Virus record (IMG/VR): IMGVR_UViG_3300032805_000004
Span: 1 to 64,000 of that record
Length of the DNA stretch: 64,000 bases
Strand: one strand, 5' to 3'
Source of the DNA: a virus
Part shown: positions 1-10,681 of the stretch, in pieces
Layout of the letters: every line of letters starts with the position of its first letter
Position numbering within the stretch: the stretch's first letter is position 1
Made by a program: the position numbers and the translations under genes
The notes under the pieces: generated by a model
Told to the model about the DNA's origin: nothing
Seen by the model: only the letters and a program-made list of their open reading frames with translations
Database searches by the model: none

Positions 1-143
1 GCGGTGGTGATCTGGGTGGCGCGGAACACGGCTTTGGCGGTGAGGAACTGGAAGTAGCTTGTGATCTGGCTGGTCAGGTTCGCGAACGTGTCGCCTTGGC
101 CGAGGGTGCCATGGGGTGCCGATCCGGCGATGAACGGGCTCAC
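1..143 (-). CDS. Minor tail protein, 5' part (runs off window)
   Basis: GTG at 143 overlaps the stop of the upstream gene (GTGA); open frame MSPFIAGSAPHG...FLTAKAVFRATQ resembles the FLTYPPICRL module of the upstream gene. Confidence 0.6.
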   Translation of the reverse strand, partial: MSPFIAGSAPHGTLGQGDTFANLTSQITSYFQFLTAKAVFRATQITT

Positions 144-1417
144 GCCGCCAGCCAAAGGATGATCAGTTTTGAGGTGCCGGAGGCGGCGCCGCCGATGGTG
201 ATCCCCCCTACGGTGGTTGCGTTGCTGTAGCCGATCACTTCGACGTAGTCGGAGGCGGCGGCGCGGATCATCTGGCAGGCGATGGAAATGTGCCCGAGGA
301 CAGTGTTGGCTGCGGTTTCGGTGCTGCCCCACTGGGTGGTGCCGCCGTTGACACGCAGCCCGCACGCCCGGTCAGTGCCGGTTGTGTCGTTGAGGAAGTT
401 GACCTGGCCATAGACGAAGTAGAGACCAGCTTTGGGGAAGGTGTAGCGGGTGGTGCCGTTCCATCCGGACCAGTTGTCGACGGTGGCGACGTTGAACGGG
501 ACCGCGGTCCCGGCCGGGAACGTGGTCGACGCTAGCTGGACGCTGCTGTTCCGCTGGAGCCGGCAGATCGGCGGGTAGGTGAGGAAGTTGACCGTGTCCC
601 GCAGGTTGGTGTTCATGAACGCGCCGGTGATCTGCGTCGTGTCAGAGAACGCCGTGTTCGCGGGGACCGGCAGGGATGTGGACCAGGCCGGTGGGGCGGA
701 CGGCAGCGCCGCGTAGATGACGTTCAGTGTCGGGTACTGGCCTGCGGTGGTGTTCGTGTTGACGGAACCGGAGGTGGTCTGGAACCCGGCGAGGCTGACA
801 GTGTCACCGGTGGCCGGGTTGAGCGTTTGGAGCTCGACGACGGTTTCGAACGGCCGGAACGTCGCCTGGGTGGGGGTTTGCTGCCCGATCCAGGCGGTGG
901 CGACGTTGTTCTGGGTGACGGCGATCGTCGCGTTGTAGATGACACCTGTGCCGGTGGTGGTGGTGTTGTACGTCATCACCCCGATGCACAGGTACCAGCC
1001 GAGATAGTTGGCGTAGATGAGCTCCGGCTGGGCTGGGTTGCTGTGCATGGCGAGCGGGTCGAGCAGGTCGAAGTCTTCCGGCACGTAGTAGTAGGCGTTC
1101 TGGGGGATCGGCCAGATGCTGTGGAGCTGCCCGGAGTACATCGGCGGGTCGATCAGGAAAACGATGCTGTCGTCGGCGTCGTTTTGCAGGATCGTGGCGC
1201 TGATGGTTTCGACGCCGGTGAGGCTCCACGTTTTCAGGTTCGCGGGTGGCCCCGGGTAGGGCGGGTCGATGGGGTTCCGCGGCCCGTAATACGGCGACCC
1301 CGGGTCTGGGGGCGGTGGGGGGACCGGCGGCTGGTATGAGACTGCGGTGCCAGCGCCGGGTGTGCCTGCGGGGCCGGTGACCGCCCTGGCCGGTGCCCGC
1401 CGTTGGGTGATGCTCAT
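140..1417 (-). CDS. Minor tail / tail fibre-like protein
   Basis: 425 aa, Thr/Gly-rich beta content, C-terminal RYTFPKAGLYFVYGQV C1q-like module; lies downstream of tape measure. Confidence 0.7.
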   Translation of the reverse strand: MSITQRRAPARAVTGPAGTPGAGTAVSYQPPVPPPPPDPGSPYYGPRNPIDPPYPGPPANLKTWSLTGVETISATILQNDADDSIVFLIDPPMYSGQLHSIWPIPQNAYYYVPEDFDLLDPLAMHSNPAQPELIYANYLGWYLCIGVMTYNTTTTGTGVIYNATIAVTQNNVATAWIGQQTPTQATFRPFETVVELQTLNPATGDTVSLAGFQTTSGSVNTNTTAGQYPTLNVIYAALPSAPPAWSTSLPVPANTAFSDTTQITGAFMNTNLRDTVNFLTYPPICRLQRNSSVQLASTTFPAGTAVPFNVATVDNWSGWNGTTRYTFPKAGLYFVYGQVNFLNDTTGTDRACGLRVNGGTTQWGSTETAANTVLGHISIACQMIRAAASDYVEVIGYSNATTVGGITIGGAASGTSKLIILWLAA

Positions 1418-4400
1418 TTCCCGAGGACCACTGTCCCGTTCGGGAACCCGTACGTGGCCGAGTTGGTGGAAAGCACATTCCCGGAGTAGGGGCTCAGGGT
1501 GAGCTGCACTGTCGCGGTCCCGGTCGCCCAGTCCAGGGTGCGTTTGATTTTGAGGATCAGGCAGGTGATTGTGATCTGCGGGGCTGCGCCGGTGACCGGG
1601 CGGCGGTGGAACAGCACTATGTCACCGATGTCGCCGTACAGCACCAGCGGCCATGCCGCCGTGGTCTTGGCGGCGTCGATGGTGACCTGCTCGACACGCA
1701 GGTGGGCGGTGCCGTTTGTTTCCACGATCCAGTTGACCAGGTTGGTGACTGCGTCCAGGTCGGCGAGGTAGACGGTGGGGGTGGCGGTGATCGTGCCGAA
1801 CCTGTTCTGTGACGCGGTGATGAATGGCAGCAGCTCGAGCGAGGGGGTGACCGCTGGGCCGTTCTGCTGGGTCGCGGTGACAGTGTTAGCGATCAGTGTC
1901 GGGTCGTAGCCGACGCGGGCATCCGGGAGGTAAGGGATCTCTCCCCCGGCTGTGTTTTCCCCCAGTACCCACTGCGGTGTTTCACCGTCGAATGCGCCGT
2001 ACGCCTCGTAGTTGAGGTTCCCGTCGCCTGCGATGTACAGCAGCCCGCCGTCGGAGTCGGTCATGTCCTGGATAGCGGCGGACGTTTGTTTCCCGGGGAT
2101 CTCGGTGGCGGCGGTGGTGTAGCTCTGCCCGTAGGTGTTGTCGGTGAAGTCGATGCATTTGGGCCCGTAGTAGCCGCCGGCTTGCAGGTAGCGGTGGACC
2201 CGGTCGGAGACCGAGTCGAAGGACGTGTTCTCGCCGGGGACCGTCGCGAGCGACGTGGAGGTGGCGGCGTACTGGTTGAGGAGCCGCTGGTGGGGGACGA
2301 GGTAGTCGAAGATCGCGATGTGGGCGAGTGTTCCCGTCCCGCCGCCGTTGAAGCAGAAACCGTTGTCGATGGAGTCAGCGAAACCGCCCCACGACATCCA
2401 CCCCCACGTCGACGCCAGGTTACATGTCCCCGACGAGGGGCTGTTCGTGAACCCGCCGGCGTCGGTGAGAATCTGCCACGTGGTGGGGGTGAGGTACAGG
2501 GTCAGCATCGTCCAGTCCTCACCGGCCCAGACGCTTGTGCCGATCTGGGTGTCTGTCTCGGCGCCGGTCGCCTGATCGTAGACGGCCATGTGCATCGTGC
2601 CGGGATTGGGCTGGGCGGAACCGGCGAGCCAGATCGCGGCCATCGGGGTTCCGGTGCGCCGGATACCGAGCAGCGTGTTGTTAGTAGGCTGCGAGTCCGC
2701 TGAGGCTGCGGCGTTGAACCAGAAACTGACAGTGATCCCGTTCGCCAGGGACTGCGGAGCCGACGGCTGGTAGAACAGGCAGTACCCGAACGTCTCGTCG
2801 CCGGAGGTGAAAGCCTGGTCACCGGCTTGCGGGTTCACCTGCGCTGGTGGGGAGAAGGTGAGGAAGTTCGGTGAGCCGGATTGCAGCGACGTCACAACGA
2901 ACGTGGTGGGTTCTTTCAGCTGCGCTGACGAGTTGAACAACTGGAAGTGGTCACCGACGTGGGCGTTCGAAGGGAACGCGTTAGTCGATGCGAGGAAATA
3001 GTTTCCGCCCGATGCGGCGGTGGCCACGAAATCCCACGGGGTTTCCAGGCCGGTCTGATCCCACGTCGACGCGCCCGCGATCAGGTCGTTGCCTGTGACA
3101 CCGAACGCGTAGCTGGCGGACCCAGGCCCGTAGCTGGCTTCCCTGACGAGAAGCTGGTCGGTGTTGGCGGGAGCCAGGTTCGCTGCGGCTGATGATCCGG
3201 CCGCGTCGTCACACGGCCAGTAGGCGAACGGGCCGTCGTTGAGGATCTCGGTTTGCCCGATGGGCCGCAGGACAGCGTTGAGGACCGACCACAGGTCGGT
3301 GAACACGGCCGCTGATTCTTGCCACCACGCCCCCGATGACCATTCCTGCGGCCACCGTTCGGTGAACCCGCAGAAACTGACCTGCGTCCGCCCGTTCCAG
3401 GTGGTGAGCAGCCGCACCGGAACGTAGGAGGTGACCTGTCCGACCTGGATCGGTGTCAAAGTACCGGACTGGGCGACGTTCCCGGCGGCCGATGCCGCAG
3501 CGGCGGCGGGGGTGAAGGTGACCAGGCCGGTGGTGGTGTTGACCTTGGTCACCTGGAACACAGCCGGTTGCAGCAGCGCCCCGGCGGAGGTGTAGAGCTG
3601 GAAGTAGTCGGTGACGGTGACTTTCCCGGCGTCAGCGACGGAGACGGGGATGGTGGTGGTGGTCCCGGTACCGGTCGCGGTGATCGCCCACGGCGGGCGG
3701 GGGGTGAACGCCCCGTCATGGTTGTCGATCAGGGCGTTGACTTCGGCGGCCTCAAGCTTGTCGAGTTCGTATTGGCCGCCGCGGGTTTCGTCCCAGGACA
3801 GGAGCCGCCCAGACATGTCGACCCAGATCCGCTGATCGGGTGGGGTGGCCTGCCCGGCGGGGCCGCCGGTGGTGGTGCCGAGCGCGGCTTGCAGCTGCAC
3901 CAGCGGCCAGTTCGCCGACAGCTGGGCCGGTGGCGGCTGGGCGACGGCGACGGCGGCGATGACTGCGGTGACGTCGATCGCCCCTGTCCCGGCCGGGTTG
4001 GCCGGTTTCCATGTCGCCGATGTCGCGCCGGAGGTGACCTGGGAGGCGATACCGGCTTCGAGGTCGAGCCCGTACCCGCCGCCGCCGTGATCAACTGAGG
4101 TGTTGCCGTTGATCCAGCCTGCGCCGGTGAGGCTGATCGGCTGGGTGTAGGTGTCGTTGTCGTAGGCCCCGGCGGTGATGACCAGGCTCGACTGGGCGAG
4201 GGCGCCGAGGGACACGGTGGTCCCGGCCGAGGCTGATGTGCCGGTCGCGGTCGCATATCCGGTGACCAGGAACCCGTTGGCGAGGCCGGAGAACTCCTGC
4301 ACATAGAGCCCGCGGACGGTTGCCCCCGCCGACGGTGCCACATACACGACGCTCGCTGGGCGGGCCGCCGGGGCCGCCCACAGGCCGACCGAGCAGAGAC

Positions 4401-4638
4401 TCGTCTGGAGCGCCGGGCCGAGCGGGTACCACAGATTGTGCGCATCATCACCGATCGACACGGTTCCCGGCTGGGCGAGGTTCATCGACGTCCACGACGC
4501 GGCGGCGATCAGCCAGTTCCCGTCGTTGTTGCCGATGACCACGGTCTGGTTGACCAGCGACGGCGACGGGAACGTGAACCCGGACACCCCGGCGGGGACA
4601 TATACCCCGGACCATGTGTTGACCAGTGCGACGGGCAT
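1414..4638 (-). CDS. Large minor tail protein with LamG/concanavalin-like domain
   Basis: 1074 aa; PFAYWPCDD...TVSFWFN...LAHIAIFDY LamG-like motifs; immediately follows tape measure. Confidence 0.75.
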   Translation of the reverse strand: MPVALVNTWSGVYVPAGVSGFTFPSPSLVNQTVVIGNNDGNWLIAAASWTSMNLAQPGTVSIGDDAHNLWYPLGPALQTSLCSVGLWAAPAARPASVVYVAPSAGATVRGLYVQEFSGLANGFLVTGYATATGTSASAGTTVSLGALAQSSLVITAGAYDNDTYTQPISLTGAGWINGNTSVDHGGGGYGLDLEAGIASQVTSGATSATWKPANPAGTGAIDVTAVIAAVAVAQPPPAQLSANWPLVQLQAALGTTTGGPAGQATPPDQRIWVDMSGRLLSWDETRGGQYELDKLEAAEVNALIDNHDGAFTPRPPWAITATGTGTTTTIPVSVADAGKVTVTDYFQLYTSAGALLQPAVFQVTKVNTTTGLVTFTPAAAAASAAGNVAQSGTLTPIQVGQVTSYVPVRLLTTWNGRTQVSFCGFTERWPQEWSSGAWWQESAAVFTDLWSVLNAVLRPIGQTEILNDGPFAYWPCDDAAGSSAAANLAPANTDQLLVREASYGPGSASYAFGVTGNDLIAGASTWDQTGLETPWDFVATAASGGNYFLASTNAFPSNAHVGDHFQLFNSSAQLKEPTTFVVTSLQSGSPNFLTFSPPAQVNPQAGDQAFTSGDETFGYCLFYQPSAPQSLANGITVSFWFNAAASADSQPTNNTLLGIRRTGTPMAAIWLAGSAQPNPGTMHMAVYDQATGAETDTQIGTSVWAGEDWTMLTLYLTPTTWQILTDAGGFTNSPSSGTCNLASTWGWMSWGGFADSIDNGFCFNGGGTGTLAHIAIFDYLVPHQRLLNQYAATSTSLATVPGENTSFDSVSDRVHRYLQAGGYYGPKCIDFTDNTYGQSYTTAATEIPGKQTSAAIQDMTDSDGGLLYIAGDGNLNYEAYGAFDGETPQWVLGENTAGGEIPYLPDARVGYDPTLIANTVTATQQNGPAVTPSLELLPFITASQNRFGTITATPTVYLADLDAVTNLVNWIVETNGTAHLRVEQVTIDAAKTTAAWPLVLYGDIGDIVLFHRRPVTGAAPQITITCLILKIKRTLDWATGTATVQLTLSPYSGNVLSTNSATYGFPNGTVVLGK

Positions 4639-7600
4639 TCAGGACTGCCGTCCGGCGAGGAACCACCCATTCCCCGGGTTACGCCGCGTGTAGCGGAGAA
4701 CGCCTTGCTGGGCGATCTGCCGGAGCGTGGTCTCGGCGACAACACTGCCCTGGATATTGAAGTTCTGGATCACGTTCCCCCCGCCGCCGCTGGTGGCGTA
4801 GCCGGTGGCGGATCCGAGGCCGGGGAACGCTGACACGTTGGTGCCGGTGAACCGGTTCACCAGGCCCGGGGTCACCGCGAACGAGGTTTGCAGGTCACGG
4901 CCGAACCGGCGCATGAAATCGTGCGCCTCATGCTCCCGGTATCGCATGCCGTTGACCAGGCCCTGGATAATGTATTCGCCCTGCTGGTGGAACTTCTTAG
5001 ACGGCGAGATGGATGCGATCGCATTCGCGAACGTGCTGACGACACTATTAGCGACCTGAGTGACGTAGTTAAACAGCCCGGTGGCCGCGCTGGAAATCCC
5101 GTTAATCAGCCCGTTTATGATATTGGTGCCGATGTTTACCATTTGTGCCGGCAGGTTAGCGAAGGCGTTGACGATCTGGCCCGGGATGCCCTGGAACCAC
5201 GATACGAAGCTGTTCCAGGCGGATTCGGCGTTGGAACTGATGCTGTTCCAGATCCCGGACAGGTACGATACGAGACCGTTCCACTGCGATTCCGCGACAG
5301 TGACAAGCCCCGTCACAGCGTTAGTGATGAAATTGGTGAAGCTGTTCCACGCGGACGTCGCATCCGACTGGATCGTGTTCCAGATCCCGGACAGGTACGA
5401 TACGAGACCGTTCCACTGCGATTCCGCGACAGTGACAAGCCCCGTCACAGCGTTAGTGATGAAATTGGTGAAGCTGTTCCACGCGGACGTCGCATCCGAC
5501 TGGATCGTGTTCCAGATCCCGGACAGGTACGATACGAGACCGTTCCAGATGGCCTCGGCAGCGGACACGACTTGCTCAAACGCCTGCGGCATGCCCAGGA
5601 TGGCTGAGGTGAGGAAACTGACGACAGTATTCCACGCGGCCTCGATCAGCTGACCCGCCAGCTGGATAGCGCCTACAACATCGTTCCAGATGCCCTTCCA
5701 GAAGTCGCGGAACGCAGCGCATTTCACCCACAAGATCACGAACGCGGCAACCAGGCCAACAATCAACAGGATGACCGCCCCGATCGGGTTGGCGTCCATC
5801 GCAGCGTCAAGGAGCCACTGCGCCGCAGTTGCCGCCTTTTGCGCGATCTCCAGATCCTTGAACGCCTGCACAGCACCCCGGATCATCGCAGGAATGCCGA
5901 CAATAAATGTGAACGCGCTGCTGATCCCCGAAGCAGCAGTCGTAACGAGACCTATGGCCAACTGTAGCCCTTTGAACGCAGCGACCGCAGACAGGATATC
6001 GACAGCGATACGGCTGACGATCGGGTTCGACAGGACCGCGATGAACGCCTGGATCAGCGGATTGATCGCGTTCAGGAGCCCTGGGATCATTTTGAGCGCC
6101 GAAATGAACGGCGAGTTCGGTGTGAGGAAATTCTCGATGATCGGCTTGGCGGCCTGGAGAATAGCGATGAGGTCTTTACCGAGGATCTGTATTATCTGCG
6201 TGACGACCGGAGTGATTGATTGGAACGCTGCCCCTATGTCTGTGATCAGCGCTGTGGCAAGTTGTGACAAGGATGGCAGCAAAGGCGTAATCGCCTGGCC
6301 AAGGGCGAGCATCAACTGGCCAAGGACCTTGAATGCGGCCACTAGCGGCCCTGTCAGTGCCTTGACGAGTTCATTAAAAAAGTTGATCAACGGTGTGGCT
6401 ACCGGGGCAAGAGCCGTGGTCAGCTGCACGAACAAGTTAATCAGCGACCCGGTGAGTTGCCCGATCGCGGGCAACGCCACCTGCGCCAGCTGGCCAAGCT
6501 GATGAATGAAGTCGATAATCTGTGGCGTGTGCTGCTGGATCACCGTCATCATCTGATCCAGCGCGTTACCCGCGATAATCGCCAGCCCTTGCACCGACGG
6601 CAGGATGGTCCGCAGTACGTCGAGGCCCTTGTTGAAGATAGACAAGATGTCGGGCTGGAGAGCCTTCGCCAGGTTGTTGAACTCTTTCTCGAATCCCTGG
6701 ATCGCGGTGATGACCTGCTGCTGCTCGGGTGGTATCGACGCCCAGTCCGCTTTGATCTGCGCTAGCGCCTTGTTCTTCGCCGACGCGGTGGCAGCGGTGT
6801 CATATTTTTGCTGGGCATCGGACATCATCTGCATGTTCTTGACGACACCCATGATCGTCGGCGCTGCCATCGCGCCGAACGCAGCCACGCCGCCGCTAGC
6901 CCCGATGAACGCCGGCGCGAGCGGCACCGCCGCTGCGACCGCTGCGGCGATCGGGCCGATCAGGCCGGCGAAAGACGTTGTGGCCTTGATCGTGGATCCG
7001 CCCATCAGATCCATCAACGTCGATGACTCCTGCGACTTGTCACCGACATCCTTCAGGGCATCGCTGGCGACATTTGAGCTGCTGCGGACATGGTCGAGCT
7101 TGGTAGCCGCCTCATCCCCGACGTTGCCGAGCGCGCTGAGTTTGCTGTCCGCGTCGCTGGTGTCGACCGTGATGTGGATCGTCTTGTCAGACAGTGCAGC
7201 CTCTTCGGCCTTCACCTGATCAAGTTTCGCGGTGACATCACTGACGTCGGCGGTCACCTTAATATTGGCGGCCGTACCGGCGACCTTGTCCGCCTCGGCC
7301 TGCACCGTCGCGAACTTCGCGTCCGCGTCAGTGATATCTGCGGTCACCTTGATCGTGTCCGCCGTACTGGCGACCTTGTCGGCCTCGGCCTGCACCGTCT
7401 GAAGTTTCGCATCTGCATCGGAGATGTCGCCGGTGACCTTAATACTGTCTGTCGTTCCGGCGAGCTTGTCCGCCTGCGCCTGCACTTCCTGCAACTTCGT
7501 ATCCGCGTCAGTGACATCCGCCGTCGCTTTGACGTTGACGTCTTTGACCCGGTCCTGCGCATCCGCCAGCTGGTTCGTTTTGTCGATCATTTCGTCGATC

Positions 7601-7665
7601 GGCGGGATGTACGCAGCAGAATCCGCGATGAACTGGGCTACCGCAGGCGGGAGCTCATCTGCCAC
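4639..7665 (-). CDS. Tape measure protein
   Basis: 1008 aa, Ala-rich helical; AMDANPIG motif, Trp-periodic repeats, ISPSKKF C-terminal motif. Confidence 0.92.
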   Translation of the reverse strand: MADELPPAVAQFIADSAAYIPPIDEMIDKTNQLADAQDRVKDVNVKATADVTDADTKLQEVQAQADKLAGTTDSIKVTGDISDADAKLQTVQAEADKVASTADTIKVTADITDADAKFATVQAEADKVAGTAANIKVTADVSDVTAKLDQVKAEEAALSDKTIHITVDTSDADSKLSALGNVGDEAATKLDHVRSSSNVASDALKDVGDKSQESSTLMDLMGGSTIKATTSFAGLIGPIAAAVAAAVPLAPAFIGASGGVAAFGAMAAPTIMGVVKNMQMMSDAQQKYDTAATASAKNKALAQIKADWASIPPEQQQVITAIQGFEKEFNNLAKALQPDILSIFNKGLDVLRTILPSVQGLAIIAGNALDQMMTVIQQHTPQIIDFIHQLGQLAQVALPAIGQLTGSLINLFVQLTTALAPVATPLINFFNELVKALTGPLVAAFKVLGQLMLALGQAITPLLPSLSQLATALITDIGAAFQSITPVVTQIIQILGKDLIAILQAAKPIIENFLTPNSPFISALKMIPGLLNAINPLIQAFIAVLSNPIVSRIAVDILSAVAAFKGLQLAIGLVTTAASGISSAFTFIVGIPAMIRGAVQAFKDLEIAQKAATAAQWLLDAAMDANPIGAVILLIVGLVAAFVILWVKCAAFRDFWKGIWNDVVGAIQLAGQLIEAAWNTVVSFLTSAILGMPQAFEQVVSAAEAIWNGLVSYLSGIWNTIQSDATSAWNSFTNFITNAVTGLVTVAESQWNGLVSYLSGIWNTIQSDATSAWNSFTNFITNAVTGLVTVAESQWNGLVSYLSGIWNSISSNAESAWNSFVSWFQGIPGQIVNAFANLPAQMVNIGTNIINGLINGISSAATGLFNYVTQVANSVVSTFANAIASISPSKKFHQQGEYIIQGLVNGMRYREHEAHDFMRRFGRDLQTSFAVTPGLVNRFTGTNVSAFPGLGSATGYATSGGGGNVIQNFNIQGSVVAETTLRQIAQQGVLRYTRRNPGNGWFLAGRQS
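5244..5547. repeat. Perfect 132-bp tandem repeat (about 2.3 copies) inside tape measure
   Basis: Unit starts at 5244, 5376 and 5508; encodes the 44-aa repeat WNGLVSYLSGIWNTIQSDATSAWNSFTNFITNAVTGLVTVAESQ. Confidence 0.9.
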
Positions 7666-7686
7666 GGCTCACACCCCCGCCCTGGG

Positions 7687-8124
7687 TCATGCGCCGTAAA
7701 CCGACTGCTGGAACGCCTCCACAGCCTTATTCCGCAGACTCCCATCCGCCACGATCAAATCCAGCGCGGGCCGCAGATACGGCCGCGGCGGCAGATGTGT
7801 CTTATGCCCCCGCCCGGCGTTCCCCCCGAGCTCGTGGATACGCGCGTACACCGTCGTTGCCCCGACCTGCGTCTGCCAGCGTGTCCCGGCCCCGGTGACC
7901 GGGTCCGCGCGCACCGAACGCCGCAGATCACCGCCGACCATCGCCGGTGGCATACCCGGCTGCGACGGCGTCGGCGTCCCCTTCACATGCGACGACAAAC
8001 CCAGTTGGAGCATGGTGGCGCGGACCATCACCGCACCCATCGCGTCCGCCGCCGCCCGGCACCCATCCGGCGCCTTATCCTTCATCCCCTGCAGCCGGAT
8101 CGCGATCTCGCGCACGTCACCCAT
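7687..8124 (-). CDS. HK97 gp10-like tail completion protein
   Basis: GDLRRSV...VYARIHELGG...LPPRPYLRPA motifs; ATG at 8124 after GGAGG. Confidence 0.8.
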   Translation of the reverse strand: MGDVREIAIRLQGMKDKAPDGCRAAADAMGAVMVRATMLQLGLSSHVKGTPTPSQPGMPPAMVGGDLRRSVRADPVTGAGTRWQTQVGATTVYARIHELGGNAGRGHKTHLPPRPYLRPALDLIVADGSLRNKAVEAFQQSVYGA

Positions 8125-8400
8125 GCATGCCTCCCGTGAACCGCGCCCGGCCCGGATCCGGCGGCGGCTCATAGTGCCGCGCCGACGACTCCGACGCCCG
8201 CTTCACCGCCCGATCCCAGCCCGCAGCCATGTCCGGTAGCAGCTCAGCGAAATCAAGCGGCAGGTTGTCGTACTGCTCCGGCGTCCAGTGGTAGCGTTCC
8301 GCGACCAGGAACCACTCCACATACCGCTGCTCCGCCGGGCACGACGTACCGGGACGGCCTAGGAAGTAGTCGGTGAAACGCTGCCGGAGATAACCCGCAC
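8117..8400 (-). CDS. Tail assembly chaperone, C-terminal (-1 frameshift) extension
   Basis: The -1 frame from the slippery site is open through RYHWTPEQYDNLP to the stop at 8117. Confidence 0.7.
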
Positions 8401-8739
8401 TTTTGGGCCCTCCCCGTTGTCTCCGCTTTTGATGCCCATGACCCGGTTGTAGATCGGCTCGATCGCGTCGGCCAGCGCCTCAATATCGTCCAGCGGCAGC
8501 GAGTTGATCAGGCCGATCGGGTCGACCACCATCGACGGCACCGGCTGCCCGATATCCCACGACACGATCAGCCGGGTCAGCAGCGCATACTTCACCTGAT
8601 CCGTCATCGACGCCGACAGCACCCGCGTGCCGTCGTCCTGCACTTCGACTTTGATGGCCTCGTTCGCGGCGTACTTGTCCCCGGCGAGGACCTGGTCCCG
8701 CAAGTCGGCCTCGTGGCCGGACGGCAGCGCAACCTTCAC
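8359..8739 (-). CDS. Tail assembly chaperone (gpG-like)
   Basis: Between tail tube and tape measure; GTG at 8739 after GGAG; slippery heptamer near the 3' end. Confidence 0.75.
   Translation of the reverse strand: MKVALPSGHEADLRDQVLAGDKYAANEAIKVEVQDDGTRVLSASMTDQVKYALLTRLIVSWDIGQPVPSMVVDPIGLINSLPLDDIEALADAIEPIYNRVMGIKSGDNGEGPKVRVISGSVSPTTS
8401..8407 (-). promoter_or_regulatory. -1 ribosomal frameshift slippery site C CCA AAA
   Basis: XXXYYYZ heptamer CCCAAAA in the correct phase at the GPK codons; joins the two chaperone ORFs. Confidence 0.75.
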
Positions 8740-8762
8740 GAGCGGCTCCAAATCTGTTTCGG

Positions 8763-8837
8763 TAGAATCTTGGTACGCGAAAGCTCCGGCACCTGCGGTA
8801 ACAGGCCCGGAGCGCGGCCGACTAACGAGGAGTCGAC
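8763..8837 (+). promoter_or_regulatory. -10 promoter (TAGAAT) plus two-hairpin leader of the HNH gene
   Basis: TAGAAT 8763-8768; GCTCCGG..CCTG..CAGG..CCGGAGC hairpin; CGACT-AACGAGG-AGTCG hairpin over the RBS. Confidence 0.65.
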
Positions 8838-9434
8838 ATGAACGACGCTACCCCTGAGCGGTGGCTACCCGTACCCGGCTACGAGAGCCTCTACGAGGTC
8901 TCAGACCACGGGCGAGTCCGATCGCTGCCCCGCCAGACCGTGTCAGGAATTCGCGGCGGCACCATGCTCAAGGGACACAAGCTGTTCGAACTGGAATATG
9001 TGCAAGTCTTTTTGCACGCCCAGGACAGGGGAACACCCTTCTGCGTACACCACCTGGTGGCCCTCGCATTCATCGGCCCCCGCCCAGACGGCATGGAAGT
9101 ACGTCACCTAGACGGGGACGCGTCCAACAACGCTGCAGCAAATCTCGAATACGGCACCCGCGCCGACAACATGCAGGACATGCTGCGCCACCACCGCGGA
9201 CAGATCGCCAAGACACACTGCCCATACGACCACGAGTACACCGAGGAAAACACACGTCTGTATCGCGGTGGACGCTTCTGCAGGGCATGTGAGCGTGACA
9301 GGAGCCGTCACCGGCAGCCATCAGGGCCACCCTGCACGACTAGCGGATGCGACACACCACAGACAGCAAAGGGACTCTGCCCACGCTGCTACGCCAGGGA
9401 ATGGCAACGCAGGAAACGCGCACAGAACACCTAA
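8838..9434 (+). CDS. NUMOD4-HNH homing endonuclease (free-standing, antisense to operon)
   Basis: ERWLPVPGYESLYEVSDHGRVRS (NUMOD4); VRHLDGD..NN...NL (HNH); KTHCPYDH and C-terminal Zn-finger motifs. Confidence 0.9.
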   Translation: MNDATPERWLPVPGYESLYEVSDHGRVRSLPRQTVSGIRGGTMLKGHKLFELEYVQVFLHAQDRGTPFCVHHLVALAFIGPRPDGMEVRHLDGDASNNAAANLEYGTRADNMQDMLRHHRGQIAKTHCPYDHEYTEENTRLYRGGRFCRACERDRSRHRQPSGPPCTTSGCDTPQTAKGLCPRCYAREWQRRKRAQNT

Positions 9435-10681
9435 TAAGACATAATTGCGTTCTGTATCGTAATCGACAACGGACTATACCCCCCAGAGATCCCAGCGTTA
9501 GTCGTATTCGCCACAAGAAGCGCCTGCTCATTGAACCCGAAAACACTTCGTTTATCGTCGAGCGCGGCGGTGTCGAACGCGGTGAGCTGGGCGCTAATCG
9601 TAAGCGTGGACGACTTGGTGCCTGGCAGCCCATTCGCGGACACGATCTGCATCGTCGGCTGCGTGTTGTTCAGGTAGTACAGGAACTGGGACTCGTCCAA
9701 AGCTGGGTCAAACATGAAGTTGACCTGCGCGGTGAGTTCGCCGCGGGGGATCGCATAAGGGGACTGCTGCCCCTGGTCGGTCCAGATCGGCTCAAGCTTA
9801 CGCATGATCTGGATCTTCCATTCGGCGATGTTGAAGACTTGCGCCCCGGCGAAACTGACGCTGGAGGTCCAGGCGGCCTGCGGCACTGCGTTCGTGATCG
9901 CCGAGGTGGGTGACTGCGAGGCGATCACCGACGCGAGTCCTTGTGCTTTCGCATCCCACGTGATCAGTGCGGTGGAGGTGCCGGTCAAGGTCACGTTGGA
10001 CAGGCACGTGAATGCGTACTGGCGGGCCCCGGACACTGCCGGGAGACCGGTGTAGTCGGTGAACGTGTGTGTCACCGGCTGCGCGTTCATCGCCCCACCG
10101 GCGCCGGTGCCGGAGTTCAGGAGGGAGAAGTTGTGGGTGTAGAGGGAGGTGGCGGTGCCGGCGGTCAGCGTGGAGGTGATGCCGTGCGGGTAGTACAGCG
10201 GCCGGTTCAGCACGTACGGGCCGGTGCCTGTCCCCGATGTTGGGACGATCACTTCGGCGGGGCCGGACGAGTCGGCCAGGTAGAACAGGTACGGGGTGTT
10301 GAGGACCAGCGACCCGGAGGTGAGCGTGATCGAGGTGGTCGCCGCCGGGTACGCCGCGACCGAGGTGACACTGGCACCGGGGTTGGTCATGGCGGACACG
10401 TAGTAGTCACCCAGGATGTTGTTCAGCATGTAGCCGAAGCTGTCGGGGAAGAACGGGCCGCCGAGGGCGATGTCACCGATGATCGGGCCGGGGATCATGT
10501 TGTACAGGCCGGCCATGGCGTTACGCCACGCCTTGTCCTGCAAGTAGGTGATTTTGTCGACGGGGTCGAATTTGGTCAGCGGCAACGTGAATGTCGGCAC
10601 CACCGGCGTACCAGGGTTCAGCTCGGCCCCGACACCGACGAACCGTCTAGTTACCGGGTAGACATGCGGCGCGTTAGCCAT
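9431..10681 (-). CDS. Major tail (tube) protein
   Basis: 416 aa; N-terminal FVGVGAELNPGTPV motif; position upstream of the chaperones. Confidence 0.75.
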   Translation of the reverse strand: MANAPHVYPVTRRFVGVGAELNPGTPVVPTFTLPLTKFDPVDKITYLQDKAWRNAMAGLYNMIPGPIIGDIALGGPFFPDSFGYMLNNILGDYYVSAMTNPGASVTSVAAYPAATTSITLTSGSLVLNTPYLFYLADSSGPAEVIVPTSGTGTGPYVLNRPLYYPHGITSTLTAGTATSLYTHNFSLLNSGTGAGGAMNAQPVTHTFTDYTGLPAVSGARQYAFTCLSNVTLTGTSTALITWDAKAQGLASVIASQSPTSAITNAVPQAAWTSSVSFAGAQVFNIAEWKIQIMRKLEPIWTDQGQQSPYAIPRGELTAQVNFMFDPALDESQFLYYLNNTQPTMQIVSANGLPGTKSSTLTISAQLTAFDTAALDDKRSVFGFNEQALLVANTTNAGISGGYSPLSITIQNAIMSY

